47,162 nt of DNA, taken from assembly GCA_963775465.1 (NCBI GenBank), contig CAVZIW010000005.1:1-47162 (forward strand). Reading direction: 5' to 3'. The notes under the pieces were generated by a model. That model was not told the origin of the DNA. It was given only the letters and a program-made list of their open reading frames with translations, and searched no databases. This document shows, piece by piece, positions 19,773 through 30,068 of the stretch (positions are counted from its first letter, which is position 1; the number at the start of each line of letters is the position of its first letter). The translations under genes were made by a program, and so were the position numbers. Origin of the DNA: Candidatus Bathyarchaeota archaeon. GTDB lineage: Archaea; Thermoproteota; Bathyarchaeia; Bathyarchaeales; Bathycorpusculaceae.

Positions 19773-20903
19773 ATGGAAAGTACAGACAAGTTAGATGTTG
19801 GTGACTATGCTTGTTTTACATGGAAAAAAACAGACGGTTCAGCGATAGGGGCAAGTGAGGGTCTTTTTCTTGGATGTTTTGGCGATGAAATTTCAGGAGA
19901 ATTCTTGGTATTTGACAGGAGTTGTTATAAGGATTCCTTTAAAACTGGCGTTTTTTCACTGGGAATCCATGACCTAAAAATTGTCCCTGCTAACGAAATA
20001 AACAGCGTTAATAGGCGCTGGTTAAGAGACCGCCCGCCTAACCAATCCGAGAAGTTTAGTTTCTTAGTTGATGCTTTCTATTATTCTAACATTGATTATA
20101 AAGCCACATATGACTTCATCCAAAACATAAATCATTCATTAAAATTAAAGATCATCGGCAATTCAAAGGCTGAATATGGGATAAATATCAAAGCGATTCC
20201 TTCCGCTTCAGAAGCATCTATTAACATAACTTGCAAAGGTAAAATCCAAATCACTTGTCAACAGGCAAATATGGATAAATGCATCAATTGGCTGGAAAAT
20301 ATTGTAAAATTACCTGAAAACCAAAAGAGGTTTGTTCTGTTCCCCAAACAAATTGCTTATCGAGTTTTTGATTCCTTTAAAGAAAAGTCCGTTCCCCCTG
20401 AAACTCTTATTGAACAAATCGGCTCAATCGAAGGTTCAGCAATTATAGTGCCCCTTGGCTGGGAACAAAAGTTCCTAAAAGAATCAGACCGCAATGCCTT
20501 GTCTGATATTTTGAATAATGATTATCCGAATACTGCACAAAATAGCAGTTATTTAAGACATCAAGAGCAAGGAAGCAAAAGTGGATTGACCGTTGAGAAA
20601 TACATTGGAAATAGAACGCCTTGTATGAGATTGATAGGTCAAATCTTGAAACAAGAGGATGAAGATGGACTCCTAAGAATGTGGGAGGAGTCACGTTCGG
20701 ATGTTAGTCAAGTTTTTGATACTGGAACTTCAAATGGAGAACAAATTAAGGCACATGTATTGATACATGATCTGGTAATTGACAAAAAAACAGGTCGCTA
20801 TAAAGTATTAATTCGATCATATTATGATAATCAATTTAATAATATATCACCTAAAAAGAACATAACCTCCAAACTTAAAACCAATCACTCAAACACAGTA
20901 TAG
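19773..20903 (+). CDS. Hypothetical protein (376 aa)
   Basis: Long open frame; ATG 19773 avoids overlap with the divergent gene. Confidence 0.65.
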   Translation: MESTDKLDVGDYACFTWKKTDGSAIGASEGLFLGCFGDEISGEFLVFDRSCYKDSFKTGVFSLGIHDLKIVPANEINSVNRRWLRDRPPNQSEKFSFLVDAFYYSNIDYKATYDFIQNINHSLKLKIIGNSKAEYGINIKAIPSASEASINITCKGKIQITCQQANMDKCINWLENIVKLPENQKRFVLFPKQIAYRVFDSFKEKSVPPETLIEQIGSIEGSAIIVPLGWEQKFLKESDRNALSDILNNDYPNTAQNSSYLRHQEQGSKSGLTVEKYIGNRTPCMRLIGQILKQEDEDGLLRMWEESRSDVSQVFDTGTSNGEQIKAHVLIHDLVIDKKTGRYKVLIRSYYDNQFNNISPKKNITSKLKTNHSNTV

Positions 20904-20995
20904 GTGATTAATCGTAGAATAAGATTCAGTCTGAGTGTAGTCTCTAAAGGCTTATTTGCTAAACGTATGTAGTTATTCTTTGATCAGAGAGTGTA

Positions 20996-21210
20996 GTGTT
21001 GGCTAAGCAATTAGGATTAAATGGAAAACCTGTTAACGGTAATGGTGCTAATGTTGGTTTTGAGGATAAACTCTGGAAAGCCTCTGACAAAATGCCCAAC
21101 AACATGGACGCAGCCGAGTACAAGCATGTAGTTTTGGGTTTGATTTTCTAAAATATATCTCTGATGCATTCAAAGAAGTTTATGAAGAAGTAAAAAGTGA
21201 CCCCCGAGAA
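20996..21210 (+). pseudogene. hsdM: 5' remnant of type I restriction-modification methyltransferase
   Basis: Manual translation [35 protein letters not shown]-(frameshift)-KYISDAFKEVYEE matches the HsdM N-terminal motif; the rest of the gene is absent. Confidence 0.85.
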
Positions 21211-21316
21211 ACTATCTGACCTTATCGGTTAATTGCTCTGTACTCAGATACACTCTAAAGAAAAGATTTTATAATGTGTTATCGATAAGGTCGAATAGAG
21301 ATTAGGAAGGTAAGAT

Positions 21317-21812
21317 ATGACCGACGACAACGATAAAATCGCAAAATTTGTTGTTGACGGAGAACAAATCATTCTTATTGATTCTGCAGAAACTGATGAT
21401 TATGTTAGCGGTAAATTAGTGCTTACATCAAAACGGTTATTCCTTTGTGGTGCAAAAAGTACTTTTAATCGTGATTATGTTATCAAAAAAGAGTTAGAAT
21501 TGAAAGAAATCGCAAATGTTCAAGGCGACTTTGGAAAGACTAGTATTTTGGGTGTGGCTGGTACTTCAGAGTTAATTATCGAGCCTAAGATTGGAGAGAA
21601 TCTTGTGTTATCGTTAGATGTGGGTTCGATGGCAATTTGGGATTATAATAATGCAGCAGCCATGCAAATGACTAAAGTTACTAATTGGATTAATTCAATT
21701 AAGTTAGAGTTGCTCAAAGTTAGAAGTGGATTTTAAGTTGTGTGTCAAATGTGGAAAAAAGCTACCTAAAGGTAATTTTGGGTTTTGTCCCTTCTGCGGA
21801 AATTCACTTTAG
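21317..21812 (+). CDS. PH/GRAM-like domain protein with a C-terminal Zn-ribbon in a shifted frame
   Basis: GKLVLTSKRLF motif; overlapping frame encodes CVKCGKKLPKGNFGFCPFCGNSL* ending at 21812. Confidence 0.65.
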
Positions 21813-22178
21813 CCATAAACCCCCTTGAAAAAAACTTGCTTTTTGTTGGTGTTCTACTTTAGACAAAAACGTCGAACAACTGGACTTATGTGCTTAAAAG
21901 CATGAAAAATGTTTTGAACAAAAAGACAGGGCGTATATCAGTCCCGCATTATGAAGGATTAAAATTTAATCTTTTTCCCCCTCTTCTTCATTAACAACTA
22001 CTACTTCTTCTTCTACTTCTTCTATCCTCTCGCTCACCTTACTCACTCTACTTACTCACTCGCAAAAACAAAGGCAAAACAAACAGACAGACAGCCACAG
22101 ACAACAAACAGACAAATTCGTTACAACAAAATCTTAAAAGGCAAATGCACATAGAGAATCACATTTGGCGTATCAGTA

Positions 22179-24095
22179 TTGGATGACATTACAATCGACA
22201 CGGAACCCTACCAAGAACAAACCGAATTGAAACATAAGGTAATTGGAGATTATTTTGATAAATGGGTGAAAATACTTGGCGTTGGATTTGGGGGAAAAAT
22301 AAACTACGTTGATGGTTTTGCAGGTTTGGGCGCTTACAAGAAGGAAGACGAAATATTTTATGGTTCACCCATTATTGCATCGGAAGTAATTGAAAAAAAT
22401 CTCAAATTCATAAAAAGCGTACAAATGATTCTAATCGACAAAGATGAAAAAGTACTTTCAAATTTAAAAAATGTATTTGTGTCCAAAAACTTACTAAACC
22501 GCCCTTATCTTAATGTTCAGTTTATTCACGAAGATTTTAACAAAGCAATGGTAGAATATTTAGAAAATGGAAAACTCAACTACGCGCCAACCTTTGCTTT
22601 CATTGACCCCTTTGGGTTTGAGGCTGTTCATTTTGATACAATTAAAAGAATAATGCAAAATAACAATCGCTCAGAATTTGTCATTAACTTCATGTTTAAT
22701 GCAGTCAGCAGGTTTCTCAGAAGAGAAGACCTCACAGAAACATTCAACCGTTTTTTTGGAACGAACGACTGGAAGGAAACCACATCTAATGTTGAGAATA
22801 GAGAGGAAATCCTAGTCAACTACTACGTATCACGACTAAAAGAAATTTCCAAAATAGTCGTTCCTTACAGATTGAGATTCCCTGACAAAAATAGAACCTA
22901 TTACTACCTTATTCATCTTACAAACCATCCGCTTGGAGCCACAATAATGAAAAGTAGCTTTGCAAAATATTGTCAAGGTCGAAACGTCTGGCTAGGACAT
23001 GACTCAGTGCAAAGCAGTTTGGAAGAGATTCTAGGGATACGAAGTTCCGAAGTCAAAGATTTGCTCTTGAAAAAATACAAAGGTAAATGCATCTCTTACG
23101 AACAAATAATTATTGACAACATAGGTGATACATGTTATCTAGATACTCATTTCAAGAATGCAATCTTGGAACTCGAGAAAGAAAATAAGGTGTTTATTGA
23201 TAGGTACCCCAAAATCGGAGAAAGCGGAAGACCGCTGAAAAGTATCCAATTTAATACAAAATTGTATTTTGAGAGTTTCCCAAGTATAGAAAGAAAAACA
23301 TTGCTTTACGAAACTAAGGTGGAATATGGGAATTTTACGATAAATCACGTGTTTGGTTGCTCTCATGGTTGTAAGTATCCTTGCTACGCTTTTTTATTGG
23401 CGAGAAGGTATGGTAGAGTTCAAGAATATGAACAATGGTTACATCCAAAGATAGTATCTAATGCTCTCGAGTTATTGGATAAAGAGATTCCACAATATAA
23501 GAAGAAAATAGACTTTGTTCATCTATCTTTCACAACAGACCCATTCATGTTTGACTCGCTTAACCTAAGAGTTTTTCCAGCCATAAGTGAGCTTACTCTA
23601 AAAATAATTCAGAAACTAAACAAGGAAGGCATAAAAGTCACAGTATTAACAAAGGGAGTATTTCCAAAAGACCTTTTAGATATAAACCAATTCAACCCAG
23701 CTAATGAATACGGAATAACACTGGTATCGCTCGACAAAAAATTTTGGAAGGAGTATGAACCATATTCCGCACCGCCTGAAGAAAGAATAAAGTCATTGGA
23801 ATTATTGCATAAAAGCGGACTTAAAACTTGGGTAAGTATTGAACCTTATCCGACTCCTAACATAATTAAGCAGAACCTAACCTCAATCCTCGAAAAGATA
23901 AATTTTGCGGATAAAATAATCTTTGGCAAGATGAATTACAATAAAAGAGTATCTGATTTTGACAAAGGAGAAGAATTCTTTGCTAATTGCTCAAACACGG
24001 TTATTGAGTTCTGCAGGAAAAACATCAAGCAATATCACATAAAGAAAGGCACCCCTAACAACTCATCCGAAACTGCAGAAATATTTGGCAAATAA
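22179..24095 (+). CDS. tcmP: Fusion of TcmP-family (three-Cys-motif partner) domain and SPL-like radical SAM domain
   Basis: N-half TELKH, YVDGFAGLG, GSP, FIDPFG, EFVINFM. C-half INHVFGCSHGCKYPCYA, SFTTDP, LTKG, EP..ERI, TWVSIEP. Confidence 0.85.
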   Translation: MDDITIDTEPYQEQTELKHKVIGDYFDKWVKILGVGFGGKINYVDGFAGLGAYKKEDEIFYGSPIIASEVIEKNLKFIKSVQMILIDKDEKVLSNLKNVFVSKNLLNRPYLNVQFIHEDFNKAMVEYLENGKLNYAPTFAFIDPFGFEAVHFDTIKRIMQNNNRSEFVINFMFNAVSRFLRREDLTETFNRFFGTNDWKETTSNVENREEILVNYYVSRLKEISKIVVPYRLRFPDKNRTYYYLIHLTNHPLGATIMKSSFAKYCQGRNVWLGHDSVQSSLEEILGIRSSEVKDLLLKKYKGKCISYEQIIIDNIGDTCYLDTHFKNAILELEKENKVFIDRYPKIGESGRPLKSIQFNTKLYFESFPSIERKTLLYETKVEYGNFTINHVFGCSHGCKYPCYAFLLARRYGRVQEYEQWLHPKIVSNALELLDKEIPQYKKKIDFVHLSFTTDPFMFDSLNLRVFPAISELTLKIIQKLNKEGIKVTVLTKGVFPKDLLDINQFNPANEYGITLVSLDKKFWKEYEPYSAPPEERIKSLELLHKSGLKTWVSIEPYPTPNIIKQNLTSILEKINFADKIIFGKMNYNKRVSDFDKGEEFFANCSNTVIEFCRKNIKQYHIKKGTPNNSSETAEIFGK

Positions 24096-24097
24096 GA

Positions 24098-24460
24098 TTA
24101 AGCACTCACTAACCTCGGAATCCATCGTTCTTTTTCATGTCGTAGGAACTTTGCAAATAATAATGCTTCTTCGCCAATCAACGTATCAATTGTTTGTCTT
24201 TTGCCAACTTTGATTCTCTCTACATCGACAAAGCGGTCAAAGAAAGCGGTTAAATCCTCAGCTAAACTATCGGTTTCATACTCTTTGAGATGTATTTTCT
24301 TGCCCATCTTAAGATGTATCATAAAGTCAGTTACCAGCACGAAATCTTTTTTGCGTAGTTTTTGGCATCGTTCAATCAAGAAATCATCAATCAAATATCT
24401 GTATAGCTCTTGGAAATCGCATACTAAACTGGGTTTTGCCATGTTGAACAGAGTGAAGGA
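24098..24460 (-). pseudogene. cas1: 3' remnant of a solo Cas1 (casposase-like) gene
   Basis: LHSVQHGK-(one extra A)-PSLVCDFQELYRYLIDDFL matches the Cas1 G-F-L-H...SL..D..E..R..ID region; the N-terminal part is missing. Confidence 0.82.
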
Positions 24461-24740
24461 GTTCAAAATTGTGTGTTGATGTTTTAATTTGAATGGTTAA
24501 AGCTTTGCAGTACTACCAATACTGAATTGAACGATATTTTGCTAACAGAGCTTGAGGGAAAAGACAGCGCACTACAGGACTTTACGAGCGTCTTTGGAAT
24601 AGTGATAAAGCTGACAGAAAATTCAATTAGTTCCCTATTTATCCCAATTTGGGAGATATCCACGATAAAACACTATATAACAACGTTATATTTATTATGG
24701 GGTGCCCATAAGTATTACCTAAACACAATTGGTGATTTTT

Positions 24741-25103
24741 TTGAAAGATGAAAAATTTATTTTGTACGTGCAAACCAGCGACAACCCAGAAAGACAATAC
24801 TCTCCATTAGTCTTGGCCCAGACCGCCAAAGCTATGGGTTTAAATCCGAAAGTATACTTTTTAGGTCAAGGCTTAAGAGTGCTTCTACCAGGAGCAGCTG
24901 AAAAAATTAAACTTGGAGCATTCCCCAGTGTTGCAGAAATGCTACAAAAAACAATGCAGATGGGCATAGAGATCGATGTTTGCGAAGCTTCCAAACAAAT
25001 GCTCGGATGGGACAAAGTAACCCTAATCCCGGGAGTAAAAATCGTTGGAGCAGCAACCCTAAACGACTTAGCACTAAGGTCAAATGCCACCATGTGGTTC
25101 TAA
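24741..25103 (+). CDS. DsrE/DsrF-like family protein
   Basis: VYFLGQG, IDVCEAS, IVGAATL; GGTGA before TTG. Confidence 0.85.
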   Translation: MKDEKFILYVQTSDNPERQYSPLVLAQTAKAMGLNPKVYFLGQGLRVLLPGAAEKIKLGAFPSVAEMLQKTMQMGIEIDVCEASKQMLGWDKVTLIPGVKIVGAATLNDLALRSNATMWF

Positions 25104-25156
25104 AAAAACCACAATTCACAATTAAATAAAAATGTACGTTGATTGAAGAGGATTCT

Positions 25157-25393
25157 ATGACTGCTAATATTGACAAAAAACTAGATACTGTGGGATTATC
25201 TTGCCCTGAACCAGTCTTTAGGACCAGATTAACCCTCGATGATATGGAAATAGGTCAAACTTTGGAGATTATTGCTGACGACCCCGCCGCAGAATCAGAC
25301 ATTCAAAGTCTTGCAAAACATTTAGAACAGGAGTTGGTTTCCAGCTCCAAAGAAGGCAATATTATAAGAATTTTAATTAAAAAAATAAAATAA
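25157..25393 (+). CDS. tusA: TusA/SirA-family sulfur carrier
   Basis: LDTVGLSCPEP and DDPAAESDI motifs. Confidence 0.9.
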   Translation: MTANIDKKLDTVGLSCPEPVFRTRLTLDDMEIGQTLEIIADDPAAESDIQSLAKHLEQELVSSSKEGNIIRILIKKIK

Positions 25394-25468
25394 TGGAGGA
25401 AAACGACACTAAGCTTACTTCCATATCCCATGAACCTTATTCTTATTTTAGAGCCTTATTGAAAGATT

Positions 25469-25795
25469 TCAGGGAAGATACATATTGGTCCTGCTCGTGG
25501 GTTTTGCCTTTAGAATTGAACTAGAAATATGTTTGCCTGTTTTAACATCTAATAACCAATAGCCATTTTCATCACACGATTCAATTAAAAACTCTTTTTC
25601 ACCCAATAATTCATCATCATTCAACCTCACAAAAGTTAAGCCGTTAAATTTCATAACGAACTCATCTGTTATCGGTTCTGTAAATTTCGCCTCAGGAAAT
25701 AATTCCGACAGCTTTTCCCAGCTTAAACTTTTCCCAACACATACTTCAATGGTTTTGATCTCTAAACCAGTGGAGACAAAATGGCAAAGAATCAA
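25469..25795 (-). CDS. Hypothetical protein (start uncertain)
   Basis: Open frame with protein-like composition; 5' end overlaps the divergent ORF. Confidence 0.4.
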   Translation of the reverse strand: MILCHFVSTGLEIKTIEVCVGKSLSWEKLSELFPEAKFTEPITDEFVMKFNGLTFVRLNDDELLGEKEFLIESCDENGYWLLDVKTGKHISSSILKAKPTSRTNMYLP

Positions 25796-26032
25796 GAAAT
25801 TAGTTTCGCTTCACGCAAAGACGCCACACATCGAAAAGGAATGCCTACAATTAGATGCGTGTGCGGGTTAAAAATTTTGATAGTTCCCGATTTGAAAGCT
25901 ATGAACCGCGCAATAAAGAATCATGTAGCCGAACACAGGCGAGTGAATTATGGTTTGGCGTTTGATTCGTTGGAGGAGTTTTTGACAGAGCAGATTCTGA
26001 TGGTGACAAGCGAAAGAGTTTGCCAAATGTAA
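25781..26032 (+). CDS. Small CxC...HxxxH putative Zn-binding protein
   Basis: IRCVCGLKILIVPDLKAMNRAIKNHVAEH; paralogue at 34862. Confidence 0.7.
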   Translation: MAKNQEISFASRKDATHRKGMPTIRCVCGLKILIVPDLKAMNRAIKNHVAEHRRVNYGLAFDSLEEFLTEQILMVTSERVCQM

Positions 26033-26187
26033 GTTAGGGAGAAACGTTTTCCAAGACCTTCCAAAATCTGGTCCAGGAATTTATAGCAAAAAAGATCTGA
26101 TCTTTTGTAAAAGCGATAACTTGAGCTTTCTACTATCTGCGTTTCAAGTAGAGCTGGCACATATATTTTAAAAGAAATTAGTAGCTG

Positions 26188-26406
26188 TTATTGCTTGAAA
26201 ATTACCAAATATTTACGTTCTTTATCTTCTGTTATTTTTAATCCATGTTTTTTGGCGTGGGCTTCTATTTTTGGCTTGTTGTAATCGCATTTTATTTGAA
26301 TCTGGTAATTTTTTGAATCTAATTGAACCATCGATACATATGAGGGTTCAACTAAATCATTATCAACTAGATCTTTTAGCATAGCTAAAGCTTCAAGTCT
26401 ATTCAA
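26188..26406 (-). CDS. Small hypothetical protein
   Basis: Compact ORF, probable TTG start at 26406. Confidence 0.55.
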   Translation of the reverse strand: MNRLEALAMLKDLVDNDLVEPSYVSMVQLDSKNYQIQIKCDYNKPKIEAHAKKHGLKITEDKERKYLVIFKQ

Positions 26407-26900
26407 GAGTGCCCACTTAATAAAAGTTTGAAGAAGCCTCATATAAGATTTTAGTATAATCAAGCAAGACAGGGCTAAAACCTAAGATCAGCTAAAATTA
26501 AGATATTGTAACCTTTGGTCAACAACGATTTTTTTATGGAGATTTTCTAAAACTGTTCATTCTCTTAATAGGAGAGACATTCTTCTTCAAAAGGAAAAAA
26601 TAATTTATCCCCAGGATTTAAAGCGGATTTTTCCACATTTCTTGCATTCAATCAAAACTTGCCCCTCCATTACCCTAAAGACAGCAAGTTCGCAACCGCA
26701 ATTACACTCATTAACAACAACCGACACTCCAACATGCCTCCGAAAACCAACTAAAAAATAATTATTTTTTCAGATAATTAACTTTTATTATGAAAAATGA
26801 CATATCAAACAAACTAAACACCCTTCGGGCATTCAATGAAAGATAAATCAAGAACAAATAAACTAAAAGGAAAACTAGAAAAAAAGGGTTTGTGTTTGGT

Positions 26901-27197
26901 TTATCTTGCCCAGCAAGGACTATAACCATAGCCGTATGCGTTGCCGTAGCCGCCTTGAATGGGTGCAGGCGCTGGAACGGAGCCGCCAGTTGGTGCCTGA
27001 GGCGCACTGTACTGGTTTGCGTAGGCGTGGTTTGCTCCATATCCAAAGCAGTTGCCTATCCATCCCCAAAATCCATCATTGGGCACTGTTTCGGGGTTTG
27101 TTTGGTTAGTGCTTATTTGGGCTGCTGCTAATCCAACAAGAGCCAAAGTCAACGCAGCAACAGCGACCAAGGCAATTACGATTTTAGTTTTTGTCAT
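26901..27197 (-). CDS. Small secreted Gly/Tyr/Pro-rich protein
   Basis: Signal peptide MTKTKIVIALVAVAAL, GGTGA RBS, C-terminal GYGNAYGYGYSPCW. Confidence 0.75.
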   Translation of the reverse strand: MTKTKIVIALVAVAALTLALVGLAAAQISTNQTNPETVPNDGFWGWIGNCFGYGANHAYANQYSAPQAPTGGSVPAPAPIQGGYGNAYGYGYSPCWAR

Positions 27198-27247
27198 GTG
27201 TTTATCACCATATACTAATATGGTCATGGAGGCTTATGGTAGTTGCC

Positions 27248-27295
27248 TGAAACAAAACTGAAACAAACATGAAACACAACAAATTGAAATGAAAC
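27248..27295. promoter_or_regulatory. Phased TGAAACA repeats (11-bp period), candidate regulator sites
   Basis: TGAAACA at 27248, 27259 and 27270; partial copies at 27285 and 27290. Confidence 0.5.
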
Positions 27296-27518
27296 CCTCA
27301 CAGAGAAGGGACAATTTGAAAGAAACGAGGGCAGACTGAAGCTATTTTAGTTCTGTTCGTGGAAATATCTTATTTTTTGGTGACGTTCGAGTTTTTCTCT
27401 GTTTTACTTGGATATATGATAAGCTTATAAACAATAAAGAATTCATAAATGCTTTTGTGGTCAAGGCATTTTTAATTTTAGACAATCCTTGATCTACAAA
27501 TAATAGGAGAAAGAAAAA

Positions 27519-30068
27519 TTGCAAAACAACAAAAATAAAACTATGGCTATTTTAATTATAGTATTGCTAACAACTTCAATGACAGCTACAATTACCTTTC
27601 TGCCAACTGTAGATGCACACACACCAGAATGGAAAATTTCTACTTATGCTTATGTCAATGTCGCACCAGACCGTGTAGGTCTTGGTCAGAGAGTATTTCT
27701 TACGATGTGGGCTTACTTCCTTTTGCCCGGCGCAGCCATACCAAACGACATTCGAATGACCCAATACAAACTGAACATAACCAAACCCGATGGAACAACA
27801 GAAATACTTGGTCCATTTACAGGCGATACCACAAACACCATCTACACAACATACTCGCCAGACCAACTTGGAACATACTCAGTACAACTATTTTACCCTG
27901 ATTTGGTCTACAACTGGGGTGGCAGCTATCAAGACGATACATTCCTAGGCGCAACAAGCAAAACTACCTACTTTACCGTACAGCAAGATCCACTGCCAGA
28001 CATAGCTGAATATCCACTTCCAACAGAATACTGGTCTCGCCCCATAGAAGGGCAAAACTCTGACTGGGCAACAATTGCCTCAAATTGGCTTGGCACAGGA
28101 TCACCTCAAATCGGAACAACTAACTTCCAAAAAGACGGTACAGCCCCAAATAGCCCACACATAATGTGGACCAAACCAATACAAAACGGAGGCGTCGTCG
28201 GAGGAAGCAACGTTGGAATCGAAGGCAACACATTCTATCAAGGAGGATCATACAACCACCGATTCGCCAACCCAATAATAATGTATGGAAGACTCTTCTA
28301 CACTGAACCCCTCGGACTCTCAGGAACCGCAGGAGATACAGTCTGCGTTGATCTACGCACAGGAAACGAACTCTGGCGAATACCAGATATGCCCAATCTA
28401 TCATTTGGATACTATTACGATGCAGACACACCCAACCAACACGGTGTCTTCTACGAAGGCATACTATTCACAAATAACTTTGGTCAAGCATTTGACCCAC
28501 GCACAGGAAATCAACTCTTTACCGTAACCAATGTTCCGTCAGGTACATCATCTATTGGCGAACACGGAGAAGTCCTACGATACGTCATTACCAACGCAGG
28601 CAACAATTCCAATCCAGATTGGCGTTTGAAACAATGGAACTCATCTAAATTATGGAACTTGGCTTCAAACACCCCAACAATACAATCAACAGTGGATGCA
28701 AGCACACCCGACCGATTTGATTGGGATGTCCCAATATCATGGCGCAATGGCATGTCTTCAGTTAGCGTACAAGCAGGTTACACAAATGATTTACTACTAG
28801 GTAGCAACGGCACGCTACCCGCATGGAGTAATACAAATACAGAATATACAATGTGGGCAGTAAGTCTTAAGCCAGAATCAGCAGGGCACCTTCTATGGAT
28901 GAAAACCTATCAAGCACCCCCAGGAAACATTAGCATCATAATTAGACCAGAAACAGTTGATCCACAATCACGAATATTCACCATATACGAAAAAGAAACA
29001 ATGAACTGGTACGGTTACAACCTAGACACCGGAGACAACCTATGGGGACCAGTCGAAAACCTAAGACCATTTGACACTTTCAGCGGCTCAGTAACAACAG
29101 AAAACACAGGATCACATCACGTAGCCTACGGCAACCTATACGTTAGCGGCTATGGAGGACTACTCTACTGCATCAACGCAACAACCGGCGAACGCCAATG
29201 GACCTACGGCGGAGACAATCCAGACGGCAACAATACATTCAGCGGCTTAGCATCTCCATGGGGATACTGGCCAATTTTCATCGGAGCCATTGCAGACGGC
29301 AAAATTTACATGTTCACCAACGAGCACTCTCCAAACACACCCCAATACAAAGGCGCATTAATTCGCTGCCTTAATGCAACAACAGGCGAAGAACTCTGGA
29401 CACTAACAGGATGGGGCGAAGGCGGTTCATTTATGAGCAACAACGGAGCCATCGCAGATCAACAATACACATACCTAAACACTTACGACATGCAAATATA
29501 TTCAGTCGGCAAAGGACCCAGTGCAGTTACAGTTTCTGCTCCACAAATAGGCGTTCCAACTGGATCATCAATCACCATACAAGGCACAGTAACCGACATC
29601 TCATCTGGAACAACACAAACTGAACAAGCAGCAAGATTCCCAAACGGCGTCCCAGCGGTCTCTGACGCAAGCATGAAGGGCTGGATGGAATACGTCTACA
29701 TGCAAAAACCACGTCCAATGGACACGACAGGGGTTCAAATCGTTCTTAGCGTTGTTGATGCTAACGGAAACTATCGCGACATAGGAACAACAACAAGCAA
29801 CGACGGATTCTTTAGCTTCAACTGGGTGCCTGACATTGAAGGTCAATACACTCTATATGCTTCCTTTGAGGGCTCTGAATCCTACTGGCCATCACACGCT
29901 ATTACAGCCTTCAGCGTTGATCCACAAGCACCAACAGCAACACCATCTGAAGCACCTCCACAATCTGCAGCTGATATGTACTTTGTTCCCGCAATCGCTG
30001 GACTGTTCATTTTGATCGTAGCAGTGCTGATCTTGGTAGTATTGCTAACTTTCAAAAAACGACCATAG
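27519..30068 (+). CDS. PQQ-like beta-propeller repeat surface protein with C-terminal TM anchor
   Basis: Signal peptide, repeated D/N..TG..LW blade motifs, PLPTEYWSRP, C-terminal Ig-like domain, TM plus KKRP. Confidence 0.88.
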   Translation: MQNNKNKTMAILIIVLLTTSMTATITFLPTVDAHTPEWKISTYAYVNVAPDRVGLGQRVFLTMWAYFLLPGAAIPNDIRMTQYKLNITKPDGTTEILGPFTGDTTNTIYTTYSPDQLGTYSVQLFYPDLVYNWGGSYQDDTFLGATSKTTYFTVQQDPLPDIAEYPLPTEYWSRPIEGQNSDWATIASNWLGTGSPQIGTTNFQKDGTAPNSPHIMWTKPIQNGGVVGGSNVGIEGNTFYQGGSYNHRFANPIIMYGRLFYTEPLGLSGTAGDTVCVDLRTGNELWRIPDMPNLSFGYYYDADTPNQHGVFYEGILFTNNFGQAFDPRTGNQLFTVTNVPSGTSSIGEHGEVLRYVITNAGNNSNPDWRLKQWNSSKLWNLASNTPTIQSTVDASTPDRFDWDVPISWRNGMSSVSVQAGYTNDLLLGSNGTLPAWSNTNTEYTMWAVSLKPESAGHLLWMKTYQAPPGNISIIIRPETVDPQSRIFTIYEKETMNWYGYNLDTGDNLWGPVENLRPFDTFSGSVTTENTGSHHVAYGNLYVSGYGGLLYCINATTGERQWTYGGDNPDGNNTFSGLASPWGYWPIFIGAIADGKIYMFTNEHSPNTPQYKGALIRCLNATTGEELWTLTGWGEGGSFMSNNGAIADQQYTYLNTYDMQIYSVGKGPSAVTVSAPQIGVPTGSSITIQGTVTDISSGTTQTEQAARFPNGVPAVSDASMKGWMEYVYMQKPRPMDTTGVQIVLSVVDANGNYRDIGTTTSNDGFFSFNWVPDIEGQYTLYASFEGSESYWPSHAITAFSVDPQAPTATPSEAPPQSAADMYFVPAIAGLFILIVAVLILVVLLTFKKRP

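Noticed and set aside
21958-22125. Low-complexity CTT/CTA and ACAG tracts as a repeat array; minus-strand micro-ORF (MSERIEEVEEE...)
   Set aside because: No fixed period, and the ORF is too short to support.
23900-24740. CRISPR array or casposon near the cas1 remnant
   Set aside because: No regularly spaced repeats, cas2, PolB or terminal inverted repeats found by eye.
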